Below are positions 37,751-50,966 of a stretch of DNA of 64,000 bases, one piece after another; within the stretch, counting starts at the first letter, position 1, and every line of letters begins with the position of its first letter. The translations under genes and the position numbers were made by a program. The notes under the pieces were generated by a model. The model saw nothing but the letters and a program-made list of their open reading frames with translations. It had not been told where the DNA came from and did not search any database. This DNA comes from Torpedo marmorata (Eukaryota), in the NCBI GenBank assembly GCA_977017645.1, contig OZ360247.1:33480001-33544000 (forward strand). Reading direction: 5' to 3'.

Positions 37751-39382
37751 TGTGTTACTTTTCCCCAAAATTGTGCTCTTCTGAGAAACATCCAGCCTCA
37801 CTCTTTCATTCACCTCCAACCTCTAACTGAGCCCAATGCCCTTGACATGAATTCTGCATTGAATAATCTTTGTACTTCATGAAAATCCGTCATACAATGT
37901 CTTTGTCTGAACAAAATGAATTGTTTCTAATATCCAAAGAAGCTGTGTTGATTTAGTGTTGGTCGAAAGAGATTGCAAAACCGGCAGATGCCGTGGTCTC
38001 ACAGCACAGTTCAAAAATATGCGGTGCGGGAGGGCCGTGGGGTCGGGGGCACTGCCGGGGTGAAAAGGCGAGGGGGAGCAGTCGCTCCCCCTGCCCCCCC
38101 CCCTAGCTACGCCCCTGATTGCAATACTAACTGGGAGATGAGCAAGCTGAGTTTGAGTATTTATATTTACACTGAATGTGGAAAGTGCTGATTAAGCTGA
38201 ACAGGATGAGGTATTTTTGGCAAGAACGTCAATTTTAGGGAAACTAATTGCAAAACAATTGCAAATTATCAGCCAGTTCAAGTGGAGTTTAGCTCAGGGT
38301 AGAGTTGCGGAGCAGACTCGATGGGCCGAATGGCCTACTTCTGTTCCTTTATCTTGTGATCTTGTGAGTTCACTCTGGCACATTGTTAACTTTGAATGCT
38401 TATTCTCAAATTGTAAAAGAAATGGACTTCAACTGATAACAAACTATTCACTCAGATTAAGTTTCCTGTACAAAAACAGACTGTTGGTTGCCTGGACTTT
38501 GATATCTCACAAATACAGATTGCTCTCTCCCACCTTTACAGTCTAAAAGCTGTTAGTAATATCTCAAACACCAAAATCTGCTTCAACTCCTTGCTGAAGT
38601 TTTGAGTATAGAAATGTATTTGATCCTTTCTCAAAATGACAAATGTACGGGTATTGATTGTGACTGATCTTTTTACATCAGCAAATGTTATATTGATGTT
38701 GATATTGCTCTAACCACTGATGGACTTTTGGTGAATTTTAATTAGCAATGCAAAGGAGGAAATTATGATTAATTACTCTTATTCTACATTTCAAACTCAA
38801 AAGTGTTTTAAGTTACCTCTCTGTCCCAAGTTAAATAAAAATGGCATAATGGTGACTGCTTTTGTAATACCATGAGTTTATTTGCAAATGGATTTAATGT
38901 AAAAGAATGTTTTGGTTAAACTCAATTACTTTATTGATGAAATTTTATTTATTGAAGTTTCAATGTTATCTAAAACTAAAGCTATTTGTTTCACTTATCA
39001 GTTGGCATATGTATGATCTATTTTTTGTTTTTTTTGAATTATTGTTGAGTAGATAAAATGGATTAGGGAACAAGATGAATTTGAAGAGAAAGTCACACAA
39101 GACACTCAGTGAAAAACTGAAATGTCAAAGGGCATTTCCTTTTAGACTGAATAGTTAGAAATTAAATAAAATCAAATAAAGTGACAAAGCTAAGAGAAGA
39201 TCTTCTGGTGTTGCAAGAGTTTGATTTTTCTATGGAAGTAAATTAAATGAATGTTAAAATATTAAAACATAATTTAATTTACAAAGGGATCACAGAATCT
39301 ATGTCAGGAAGCAGAGACCGATTTTTGTGGAGCATATAACACCTTGGACTATTACCAGTCTAGTAAAGCACAATGTGGGATG

Positions 39383-39565
39383 TGTGATGTTTCTTTTATT
39401 GTAATAAAGAAACTTGGGTTCTTTTAAATCAACCATACTTTATTAGCTATAGAACTCATTCACGACCGTGTGAAGGCATCCATCTTGAATCCAACCGAAG
39501 CTGCAACAAACTAGTCTCCGAATCCCTCTAGTGGTCAGGAGGATCACTAGCATTCTATCACTACA
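39383..39565 (-). mobile_element. Solo LTR related to the LTRs of the 18048-21183 element
   Basis: TGTGATGTTTCTTTTATTGTAATAAAGAAAC...CTCTAGTGGTCAGG...TACA. 5-bp TSD GGATG. Confidence 0.92.
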
Positions 39566-39597
39566 GGATGGACAGTATCCAACTCTGTGACTTTGAT

Positions 39598-40446
39598 TCA
39601 AGATTCAAGATTCAAGATTCAATTTATTGTCACAGCAATACGACAGTGTCATATACCACGAAATTTCTTTTTGCCTGCTCCAAGGCAGACAGATTCGCCA
39701 TCGGCAGAAACTGCCTAGGCACCTCTAACATTCCTTACAATCAGAGAAAGAGAAGCAAAAGAGAGTCCCCCCAGAGTCACCAAGTGTCCATAGATTCGCC
39801 TCCAGCGCTTCCGCAGCCACACAGAGTCCAGTCCAAACGATCGGCATCCCGAGCTCCAGATCCGAACCTCCAACACGGTCAGGTCGCCCTCGGCTCCCCC
39901 TCACATCCCGGTTCCGATACCTGGTACTTCTCCAGCCAGTTCGAGCCAACCTCCAGCAGTCCGCAGCCCATCGTGAGTCCCCCAACAGCAGTCTCCAGCA
40001 GCCCACAGCCTCCGCGGGTTCCTCGCCTCGAGTCGCCAGCAGCCCGCCGCATGCACTGGTCCTTCAGCCTCAGAGCCCCTCACTGGTCCGCCGCCCTGGT
40101 CACCGTCCCGTGGGTCATCTCCTCCGCTTCTCCTTCTCAGACGGGGGTGATCTTCCCGTCCACTGGTGCCCTGCTCCAGTCCCCCGCTTCCCCGGAGTCT
40201 GCAGCCCCTCGTGGCTGCTGCCGGTTAATAGGCGCTGCCATCTTGTGCGCAGACCCCGCGGTCGCGGGATCTTAAATAAAACCACCGTCGGCTCCTTTAA
40301 CGGGCTGTTCGAAGCCCGTGCGGAACCGACGGCAGTCGACTGGGCGGCTGGACCCCGCGGGAGCGCTGTATCTCCGCTCCCACGCTCCTCGCGGGTCCGC
40401 ACCAGCGGCAGCGCTGCCGCTACAGCGGCTCCGGCAGCGCGGCCAT
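39598..40446 (-). mobile_element. CpG-rich non-autonomous retroposon, copy 2
   Basis: (TTCAAGA)n tail at the left. Flanking repeat CTTTGAT at 39591-39597 and 40447-40453. Confidence 0.88.
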
Positions 40447-40733
40447 CTTTGATGAGATGAACCCTCAGCAATTTATCTTAATTTTGACCTGATAAGTTTA
40501 GGATGTTTTCATTATTTGGATTATTTCATATTCTGCGTGCTAACATCCCTGTCTCTTCTTTTTAACCATTGATTTCACATTTGTTTGTTCTTTCAGAATT
40601 GTGAGATTTTGGACCGGATACCTTTTGCCATTCTTATTTTTTCTGAGTTGAATCCATACTAAATCAACCCTAATCTTTCATCCCTTGCACCATATGAAAC
40701 TTAATAGCCTAAAAATTGGAAAATTAACACCCA

Positions 40734-41582
40734 GTAAAACACAAAATTTTGCAGACACTGTGACTGATTGTATTGTATTACGCATTGATTGCAGTTTACA
40801 CAAAAATGCTGGAGAAACTCGGCAAGTCATGCAATGTTCTTTATGTAGCAAAGATAAAGATACATAACCAACATTTCAGGCCTGAGCCCTTCATTAAGGC
40901 AGGCGCGTGAATAAAATGGTGGGAGGGAGAGGAGCAGGGGAGGCCCCACCCATTCTGAATGGAGAGGGAAGGGGGTGGGGAGCTGGAGAAAAGGAGACAG
41001 AGAGATAGTGAAAGAGAGAGTGACGGGGAGAGGCCTAACGGAAACCAGAGAAGACTCCCCACCCCCTTCCCTCTTCATTCAGAGAGCTATCCTCTCCCCA
41101 TCACTTCCCAGCTTTTTTCTCTTGTGCCCTCCCTCCCATATCCACCTATGACCTCTTGCCTGTGGCCCAGTGCTCCTCTGCCTACCCCTGCTCTGCCACA
41201 CCCCACCATTTTATTCAGGTACCTGCCTGCTTTTAGCTCATACCTTGATGAAGGGCTCAGGCCCGAAATGTTGGTTATTTATCTTTATCTTTACTACATA
41301 AAGAACACTGTTAAAGAAGAGATATTGTTGAATGCCACGCGTCGAATCGTGGACCTAGCAGCGATCCGTGCAGATGCTTTTTTAATAAGTAATACCAATG
41401 CCTTCCTTTCTGTTCTTTTCTTTTAGTTTTTAGTAAGGGGAGGGAATTAAAGGGAGGGGAAGGGTGGAGGGTGGGGTAGCAACATTATAGAGGGTGGGTT
41501 AAGGGATGGGTTAGAAATAAATAAATAAATAAGAACACTGCATAACTTTCTGAGTTCCTCCAGCATTTTTTGTGTAAACTTC
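40734..41582. mobile_element. Penelope-derived inverted-repeat element with a hammerhead motif in each arm, interrupted by an L1 3' end
   Basis: Left arm ...CATTTCAGGCCTGAGCCCTTCATTAAGG; right arm CCTTGATGAAGGGCTCAGGCCCGAAATG. The right arm resumes after 41540. Confidence 0.8.
41311..41530 (+). mobile_element. Short L1 3'-UTR insertion with (AAAT)n tail
   Basis: Near-identical to the reverse complement of ~58100-58305. TSD AAGAACACTG. Confidence 0.8.
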
Positions 41583-41692
41583 AATATTTGTATATTAATA
41601 TTTCAACAATACTACACTTTTTAAGATATTGTTCACATTCTGAATGAGGAAAGATGATGCACTCTGCTAGTTATAGGATGCCTAAATCAATA

Positions 41693-42618
41693 TCAGAATC
41701 ACAATTTATTGTCATGAACAAGTCATGAAATTCAGTGTTTTGCGGCAGCATCATAGTGCAATTAACATTCATATTAACCATCTAACGACATTACTATAAA
41801 AAAATTATAAACAATAGTGCACGAAAAGTAAGGCAGTGTCTTTGGTTCATTGATTATTCAGGAATCTGATGGCAGCGGGGAAGAAGCTGTCCTTGTGCCG
41901 TTGAGTGCTCGTCTTTAGGCTCCTGTACCTTTTTCCCGATGGAAGCAGAGTGAAGAGGGCATGGCCTGGGTGGTGGGGGTCCTTGAGGATAGAGGCTGCT
42001 TTTTTAAGACACCGCCTCATGTAGATGTCCTCGATGGAGTGAAGTTTGGTGCCTGTGATGTCACAGGCCGAGTTAACAACCTTCTGGAGTTTACTCTTGT
42101 CCTGGGAGTTGGCGCCTCCATACCAGGCAGTGATGCAACCAGCCAGAATGCTCTCCACGGTACACCTGTAGAAGTTTACGAGAGTCTTTGGTGACATGCC
42201 GAATCTCCGCAGACACCTCACAAAGTATAGCCGCTGACGAGCCTTCTTTGTGATTGCATCCACGTGGATGCTCCAGGACAGATCCTCGGAGATGTTGACA
42301 CCCAGGAATTTGAAGCTCTTGACCCTCTCCACGACTGAGCCTTCGATGAGGACTGGGTTGTGTTCCCCTGACTTCCTCCTGAAGTCCACAATCATCTCCT
42401 TGGTTTTGCTGACGTTGAGCTCAAGGTTGTTGCCATTACACCATTCAACGAGCTGATCTATATCCCTCCTGTACGCTTCCTCATTGCTGTTTGTTATTCT
42501 GCCGACAACTGTGGTGTCATCGCCAAACTTGTATATGGCATTGGAATTGTGCCTGGCCACACAGTCATGAATGTATAACGAGTAGAGCAGTGGACTAAGC
42601 ATGCATCTTTGGGGTGCG
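41693..42618 (-). mobile_element. Rex1/Babar-like LINE, 5'-truncated
   Basis: 260-aa ORF: LSPLLYSLY...KFGDD...FKFLG...NFYRCTVESILAGCITAWYG. Tail GACAATAAATTGTGATTCTGA. Confidence 0.92.
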
Positions 42619-43254
42619 TGCTTAGTCAATTTTAACTTTCATTAGTTTATTTATCTTTTTAGCAGCAAGTATATAGCTATGAGACTTTGCTATGAATCAT
42701 ATATTGAAGGTTATTAATGTATAGGAATAAAATTACCGGTACTTGTGCAAGACATCGAGCATTTGATCCACATTAAAATGAGTATAAAATGAGTCTTCTA
42801 AACTATAATTTTCTTGTAGGATCCTTAAATCAATGTTATTTTGGACAATGTTCCATATTCCACATGTTGTGAACTTTGTTTTTAATCATTTGTGCCATGA
42901 GTTTGGAGAACTCCCTCCAATAATGTTCATAACATCAATGAAGCGCTTTTAATTTTCCACTGCATGCTTTCCTGTGACAGCTTCTCTCAGTGGATATCTT
43001 CTGTTCATTATCTATAGCTTATCTCCATGGCAACCCTGGCCTCACTCTTTCAGACAGTTTCTTTCAATTATCAATCCTCCCCCATCCTCTCTGTAACATA
43101 AACTTGTTTTCTTTCCTCCATAGTTCTGTGGACAGGATATTCACATGAAATGTTATCTCTGTTTCTCTTCCTGACCTGCTGAATGTTTCCAGAACTTTGT
43201 GTTTTATTTCAGATTTCCAGCATCAGCAGTATTTTTTTTCTGTCAAATGAAATC

Positions 43255-44891
43255 CTTCACTACCCGATGAGCTGAACACCTTCTACGCCCGCTTTGAGAA
43301 GAAGAACAAAACAGTGCCTAATAGAATCCCTGAAAAGGCTGAGGACCCTGTGATATCTGTCTCTGAGGGCGACGTCAGAACATCATTCAAGAAGGTGAAC
43401 CCTCGCAAGGCGTCAGGCCCTGACGGCGTACCTGGCAGGGTATTGAAAATCTGTGCCAACCAACTAGCCGGAGTGTTCACGGACATTTTCAACCTCTCAT
43501 TGCGGCAGTCAGAGGTTCCCACCTGCTTCAAAAGGGCATCAATCATCCCGGTACCCAAGAAGAGCAGTGTGAGCTGCCTCAACGACTACTGCCCAGTAGC
43601 ACTAACTTCTACTGTGATGAAATGCTTTGAGAGGCTGGTCATGGCCAGAATTAACACATACCTAAGCAAAGATCTGGACCCACTGCAATTCGCCTATCAC
43701 CACAATCGCTCCACAGCAGATGCAATATCGCTGGCTCTCCACTCAGCTCTGGATCACCTCGAAAACAGCAATTCAAACATACGGTTGCTCTTCATCGACT
43801 ACAGCTCGGCCTTCAATACCATTATTCCCTCAGTGCTGGTCAAGAAACTACAAACTCTAGGCCTCTGTACCCCCCTCTGCAACTGGATCCTTGACTTTCT
43901 CATTGGAAGACCACAGTCAGTACGAATTGGAAACAACGTCTCCTCCTCACTGATTATCAACACAGGCGCACCCCAAGGATGCGTGCTTAGTCCACTGCTC
44001 TACTCGTTATACACTCATGACTGTGTGGCCAGGCACAATTCCTATGCTATCTACAAGTTTGCCGATGACACTACAGTTGTCGGCAGAATCACAAACGGCA
44101 ATGAGGAAGCGTACAGGAGGGAGATAGATCAGCTCATTGAATGGTGTAATGACAACAACCTTGAGCTCAACGTCAGCAAAACCAAGGAGATGATTATGGA
44201 CTTCCGGAAGTAGTCAGGGGAACACGACCCAGTCCTCATCGAGGGCTCAGTAGTGGAGAGGGTCAAGAACTTCAAATTCCTGGGTGTCAACATCTCCGAG
44301 GATCTGTCCTGGAGCATCCACGTGGATGCAATCACAAAGAAGGCTCGTCAGCGGCTATACTTTGTGAGGTGTTTGCGGAGATTCGGTATGTCACCAATGA
44401 CTCTCGTAAACTTCTACAGGTGTACCGTGCAGAGCATTCTGGCTAGTTGTATCACTGCCTGGTATGGCGGCGCCAACTCCCAGGACAAGAGTAAACTCCA
44501 GAAGGTTGTTAACTCGGCCTGTGACATCACAGGCACCAAACTTCACTCCATCGAGGACATCTACACTAGACGGTGTCTTAAAAAAGCAGCCTCTATCCTC
44601 AAGGACCCCCACCACCCAGGCCATGCCCTCTTCACTCTGCTTCCATCGGGGTAAAGGTACAGGAGCCTAAAGACGAGCACTCAACGGCACAAGGACAGCT
44701 TCTTCCCCGCTACCATCAGATTCCTGAATAATCAATGAACCAAAGACACTACCTTACTTTTCGTGCACTATTGTTTATAATTTTGTATAGTAATGTCGTT
44801 AGATTGTTAATATGAATGTTAATTGCACTATGATGCTGCCGCAAAACACCGAATTTCATGACTTGTTCATGACAATAAATTCTGATTCTGA
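43255..44891 (+). mobile_element. Rex1/Babar-like LINE, 5'-truncated, whole RT domain with two nonsense changes
   Basis: [42 protein letters not shown]. Tail GACAATAAATTCTGATTCTGA. Confidence 0.94.
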
Positions 44892-45237
44892 AATGTTCTT
44901 TCACTTCTTAAATAAATACAATATTAAAAGCTTAGTTATGGCTTTCTTGATACACAGACATTCATTTTAGAAATTTTACTTTCAAAAACTCATACAACAA
45001 AACTTCTTAAAACATAATTTGTCTGCAAACCAGTCAGTTCTGTATTAAATTGTCCATGTATAATATATTTTATTGGAAAAAGCAGTGTGGGTTATTTCCT
45101 GCCTTACTGCCTCCACCTCTCCCATTTTATTTATCCCTATCCTAATAGCTGCTGCCCCCTCCCCATTCCTTGCTGTGCTTTCCACCTTCCCCTCCCACCT
45201 TTGTCTTGAAAAGGACCCCAGGAGTTACAGGAGTATT

Positions 45238-45755
45238 AGAGAGAAACACGATAGGCTGCAGATGCTGTGATTGTAGTAAAAACGCCGAAATGCTGGAGGA
45301 ACTCAGCCGGTCTATTCAGCATCTAAAGGAGACAAAGATATATTGCTGACGTTTCGGGCCTGAGCCCTTCAAGGAAAAATCATAAAAGGCAGAAGCAGGA
45401 TCTATCAGAAAGTCTCAGAATTCAAACAATGGGAGAGGAATCCAGACCAACAAAAGGTGTTAATTGGATGTGATAAGGGACTAGGTAGAATTTATCATGT
45501 CTGTGCGAAAGGAGACAGGGAATGGAGAGACGACGGGGGAAGCAAGGGGGTTGGGGGGGGTAGTGGGGGGAGTTTAACGAAAGCCAGAGAAGTCGATATT
45601 AATGCCATCCAGTTGGAGGGTGCACCCGTTTCAATTCTCCATCCCATTCCCTTGCCGACATGTCTGTCCATGGTCTCATGTACTGCCAGACTGAGACCAC
45701 CCGTAAATTGGAGGAACAACACCTCATCTTCCGACTGGGCACCCTCCAACCTCCA
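45238..45755. mobile_element. Penelope-like element fragment: inverted pLTR plus GIY-YIG C-terminal coding remnant
   Basis: + strand DMSVHGLMYCQTETTRKLEEQHLIFRLGTLQP. The minus strand carries GGGCTCAGGCCCGAAACGTC. Confidence 0.8.
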
Positions 45756-45794
45756 CTGCGATAACATTTCAGAGTTTGCATTGTAATTCTCTGG

Positions 45795-46030
45795 CTGGTA
45801 CGGATAGCACAACACTATTACAGTGCCAGCGACCAGTGTTCTAATCTGATGCTGTCTGCAAGATGTTTGAATGTTCTCCCTGAGTCTGCGTGGGTTTCCT
45901 CCTGGTGCTCCAGTTTCCTCCCACGTTTCAAAGACGCAAGGTTCAATTGGTCACATGGGTGTATGTGTGCGGCATGGGCTCGTGGGCTGGAAGGACCTGT
46001 TACCGTGCTGGATCTTTAAATTAAATTAAA
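45795..46030 (+). mobile_element. V-SINE, diverged
   Basis: V-domain TCTGCGTGGGTTTCCTCC and tail GGGCTGGAAGGACCTGTTACC. Confidence 0.75.
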
Positions 46031-46299
46031 CTGAACCTGTAAGCAGTAATTCAAAAACATACATTGAGATTTGTCTTCAAAGTTAAATGTTCTAACTCCC
46101 ACTGCTTCTGAGAAACAAAGTATATTTCGCTTTACCAGTGGCTGTGATCTCCAGATACATGGAACGAGTAGAGCTGTTGTTCCACTGTTCCTATGACCTG
46201 GCTTCATTCCTTATCTCTGGTGCTCTCTCTGTGGAATTTGCATGTGTTCCACGTGAGTTTCTTTCGGATGTTCCAGATGCACTTCAGCGCCTCTAATTC

Positions 46300-46882
46300 C
46301 TCAGGAGTTTGTGGAGGTTTGGTATGACACCAGAAACCCTGTCAAATTTCTACAGATGTGTGGTGGAAAGTGTGCTGACCCGGCTGTATCACGGTCTGGT
46401 ATGGGGACACCAATACCCCTGAGCATAAAGCCCTGCAAAAGGTAGTGGACACAGCCCAGGACATCACAGGCAAAGCCCTCCCCACGGTCGAGAACATCTA
46501 CAGGGAACAGCAGCAGCAATCATCAAGGATCCACGCCACCCAGCACACGCTCTGTTCTCGTTGCTGCTATCAGGAAAGAGGTATAGGTGCCACAAGACTC
46601 GCACCACCAGGTTCAGGAACAGATGCTACCCCTCCACCATCAGACTCCTCATCAACAAACTCAATCAGGGACTCATTTAAGGACTCTTACTTTTGCACTT
46701 TATTGATTGTTTTTTTCTCTCTCTGATTTACACAATTAGTTTGTTTACATTTTTTTATTTGTTTACATTGAGTACAGTTTTTTTCACACTACCAATAAGT
46801 GGTAATTCTACCTTGCCCGGAGGAAAAATAATTTCAGGGTTGTATGTGATGTCATGTATGTACTCTGACCATAATTCTGAAA
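46300..46882 (+). mobile_element. Rex1/Babar-like LINE 3' fragment (second subfamily)
   Basis: FGMTPETLSNFYRCVVESVLT...LQKVVDTAQDITGK. Confidence 0.85.
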
Positions 46883-48509
46883 TCTCTAAATCTCTAGTTT
46901 CTTCCCATATCCCAAAAAATATGCGGGTTGGTTGGTTTGTGGTATTGTTCATTGCCTCTTCTGTGTGGCTGAATGCTGGAATCCGACAAGAGTTAATTGG
47001 AATGTGAGGGAAAAAGGTACGATGGTATCACTGTACAGTATGCTTGATCGATGGTGTGGACTTGCTGGGCCCAAAGGGTCTGTCTGTTTCCATGCTATAT
47101 AAACTATGACACTAAAATAAAGATTCTATGGAAAGTTTTTTAAGGTAGCATTTATAAGTAATTTTATGCAGCTTCGATTTGTTAATTATGTATCCTGATG
47201 CTCGTTCAATTCTACTGGTACTTTTCTGTTATATGTGATGGTTGTGATTATCATTTACTAGAATTTGCTGGGTAAAATTGTGCTAACACATTGAGGTTCT
47301 ATAATGCATTATTCATTAATGAGTCATCACTCTCCTGTGCCTGAAGCAACAACAGCATTCTCTTTAAACAAATCAATCTTATTTTGAAAGACCACAGATT
47401 TTTTGCATGTTGTTCAGCAGAAGACTCGTTATTGTGCTCACCCTGCCAGTCCATCAATCTTCATCCACTATCATTTGCAAACCACTAATCATAGTTCCTT
47501 CCTACAGCACTGGCTTGCTTTAACAACACGATAACTACAGCATGCAGCTTGTGTGCTTGGCGTGCTTTATGTTAACTGCACCACTTGCCAGCAGGTGGAA
47601 GGCTTTTAACGGTACAGTAAAGCACAGTAAGATCTCGCAAGCTTCAGTAAATTGAAAGATAATGATCCTGTTTTGCTCTGATAGATGATGCCATGTGATA
47701 TGAGTGGCAGTGGAAACCATCAGCTATCAGGATCAAAAAAAAATCACAGATAAAAAGATTAGTAATTCCATGTAGCCCCCGGTTTGGACTATGACAAACC
47801 AATTGGGTTTATAAGGTGAGAACGAATGGTTAATAAACCTTCCAACCTCAAAGAAAATTGATCATTGCGACAACTTAATCGGTTCAGATATATTTTAAAG
47901 CTCTACAGCTCAAGAATCTGAAAGTTACGCGTCATTATTTCATCATCAATGAACTGGTTGCCCATTCAATATATTAATGATATTGTAATATTAACCGTGG
48001 CACCTTGAGAAGGAAAATACTCAGTAGGCCTAGTAGAGAGAGAGAGAGAAAAACACAATTAACATTTCCTTTAATCAGAACTTGGAAAAGTTAGAACTCA
48101 ACGCTGCTTTAAATTGCAACGATGAAGAGAACAACGTGAATGTCTGTGACAGAGTGAAGATCTAAAGTGACTGAATGACACGAAAGGCGGTGGTGCTCGC
48201 TGAGAGAGGGTGGCGAAGGACTGGTTGTTGCAGCTGGCCTGTCTGGAAGAGATGAAACTGGAAGGAGATAAATGAAGACAGAAAATAAAAGGTGAACAAT
48301 GTTAGCATTTTGAATAAAATAAGGACAGTTGACGGAAACCTGAAATAAAAGACGGCTGGAGATCTAGGGCATTGCATTTGGAGGTCACAGTATGATCTTC
48401 CCCATGTTAGTGAATTCAAATGCAGATTGCCTGACCACTTTGAAAGCTCCTCTACTTAATCCACAAAGCTAACCCTATGCTTTAAATTGCCTGCAACTTC
48501 AATTTTCCA

Positions 48510-49048
48510 GTGAAATACGAAAGTCTGCAGATGCTGTGATTGTAGTAAAAATACACCAAAATGCTGGAGAAACTCAGCCAGTCTTGCAGTATCCATAGGA
48601 GATAAAGATATATTGCTGTCTTTTCGGGCCTGAGCCCTTCTTCAAGGAATAAGCAAAGAATAAGCAAAAAAACAGGAAATCTCAGAATAGAGACAGGTTT
48701 AGCTGGGGGAGGAGTCCAGACCAATCTCTGGCTTTTGTTAAACATCCCACCCCACTTCTTCCCCCTTCACCTTCCCCCAGCTCTGTCTCTCCCCCCTTTC
48801 CCCTGTCTCCTTTCACACAGACAAAATCAATTCTCACCTCTCCCCTTATCATATCCAATTTACACCTTTTGTTGGTCTGGACTCCTCCCCCAGCCAGCAC
48901 TGTCTCTATTCTGAGATTTCCTGTTTTTTGCTTATTCTTTGCCTATTCCTTGAAGAAGGGCTCAGGCCCGAAACATCAGCAATATAACTTTATCTCCTAT
49001 GGATGCTGCAAGACCGGCTGAGTTCCACCAGCATTTCGGTGTGTTTTT
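48510..49048. mobile_element. Penelope-derived palindromic element with ~150-bp arms and hammerhead motifs
   Basis: Arms ~48545-48696 and 48901-49051. Flanking repeat ACTTCAATT(T/C)TCCA at 48496 and 49049. Confidence 0.85.
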
Positions 49049-49164
49049 ACTTCAATTCTCCACTTGTTCCATCAGACCTCTTTGGCTTACACTGTTCCAG
49101 CAGAGCCCTGTTTAAGCACAAGGAATAGCAGCTCATCAACTGACAAGGCAAGTTCCAGTATTCA

Positions 49165-49330
49165 GAGTTAAACAAGAAAGTCTGCAGACGCTGTGATTGC
49201 AGTTAATACACAAAAATGGTGGAGAAACTCAGCAGGTCGCGCAGCGTTCTTTAAGGGCTCAAGCCCAAAACGTTGGATATCTTTGCTACATAAAGAATGC
49301 TGTGTGACCTGCTGAGTTTCTCCAACAGTT
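49165..49330. mobile_element. Short Penelope-derived palindromic element
   Basis: TGGAGAAACTCAGCAGGTC / GACCTGCTGAGTTTCTCCA arms around AAGGGCTCAAGCCCAAAACG. Confidence 0.75.
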
Positions 49331-49914
49331 TACAGTATTAAGACAATTTGTAGCATTAAGGCATGTTGTGAATTCAACATCAAATTCACCAATTTCTGGT
49401 TGTACGCTTTCCATTTTGAGACAGCATTAGCCAGTCTTGATGAAAGAACAAAAATCTCTGTTAACTCAGTTTTTCTCTCTCCACAGATGCTGCCTGACTT
49501 GCTGGGCATTTCGAGCATTCTCCTACCCCCTTGTTACTTTCTTACCTTCTAGCATCCCATCATCATCATCTGTTGACTACATTGAACTCAAAATTCCTGG
49601 CTCATTTTTTATTGCAACCATTCTCATCCTTTTACTCACGTTCATGATTAATTCAATTATTCCCTAATTTACAAGTGTTGTTTTGGTGTTGATTATACAA
49701 TCTTATGAGATGGTAAAACAGTTTTATTTTGTGCATGTACATTTAATCCAGGGGATTAAGAAGATTCTGGTTTATTTGCATCACAGCTCCAGTGACTCTG
49801 ATTCAATCCTGCTCTCTGGCACAGACTGTATAGAGTTTGGACATTCTACTGGTGAGTGTGTGGGTTTCTTCCGAGTGCTCTAGTTTTCTTCTACATCCCA
49901 AAGATGGGGTGGTT

Positions 49915-50512
49915 GTTATGTTTGGAATGACATCGGAAACCCTGGCAAATTTCTACAGATGTGTGGTGGAAAGTGTGCTGACTGGCTGCATCATGGCCTG
50001 GTTTGGGGACACCAATACCTCTGAGCAGAAAGCCCTGCAAAAGGTAGTGGACACAGCCCAGGACATCACAGACAAAACCCTCCCCACTATCGAGAACATC
50101 GACAGGGAACGCTGCCATCGGAGAGCAGCAGCAATCATCAAGGATCCACACCACCCAACACACGCTCTGTTCTCGCTGCTACCATCAGGAAAGAGGTAGA
50201 GGTGCCACAAGGCACACACCACCAGGTTCAGGAACAGCTGTTACCCCTCCACCATCAGCCTCCTCAATGACAAACTCAATCAGGGACTCACTTAAGGACT
50301 CTTACTTTTGCACTATCGATTTTTTTCTCTCTATATTGCACAGTCAGGTTGTTTACATTTCTTTATTTGTTTACATGTGTACATATCTTCTTGAGTACAG
50401 TTTTTTGCACTACCAATAAGTGGTAATTTTGCCTCGGCTGCAGAAAAAAGAATCTTAGGGTTGTATATGATGTTATGTATGTAATTTGACATGAATCTGA
50501 ACTTTGAACTTT
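49915..50512 (+). mobile_element. Rex1/Babar-like LINE 3' fragment
   Basis: FGMTSETLANFYRCVVESVLTGCIMAWFG...HPTHALFSLLPSGKR. Confidence 0.88.
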
Positions 50513-50966
50513 GTTAGGTTAGATAGCTGCTGTAAATTGCTTTTGGTGTAGGTGGATGGTAGGATCTTGAAGAGTTAATTTGGACGTTGGGAGAATAAAG
50601 TGAGATTGGAGCAGATTTTGTTTAAATTGATGACTGAGGATGTGTAGGGGCTCAAACAGCAGAAGGATCCGTTTCCATGCTGCATGACTCTGAGTCCACA
50701 ACATCTTTTCCTACCTATGTAAATACCTAGCAATAAAGAGGTAATAGCTGAAAGCTGCCATTTTAAACGTGTGCACATTGTGTTTGGGTTGGTAGAAATC
50801 TCGAGTCAAAGCAGTGAAATATTAATTATTAGAATTTTTCAGCAGAAGTCACACCTTTCAAATTATGTTTAGTTTTAATGAACCAGTCACTAAAGCAACC
50901 CAATGTGATCTCAAATTATCTACACACTGGAAGTTAAAGCATTTCATAATATTTCCACACATTTAA

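Noticed and set aside
38020-38117. GC-rich patch ending CCTAGCTACGCCCCTG, like a hAT terminus
   Set aside because: Only one end is visible; no partner TIR or TSD was found.
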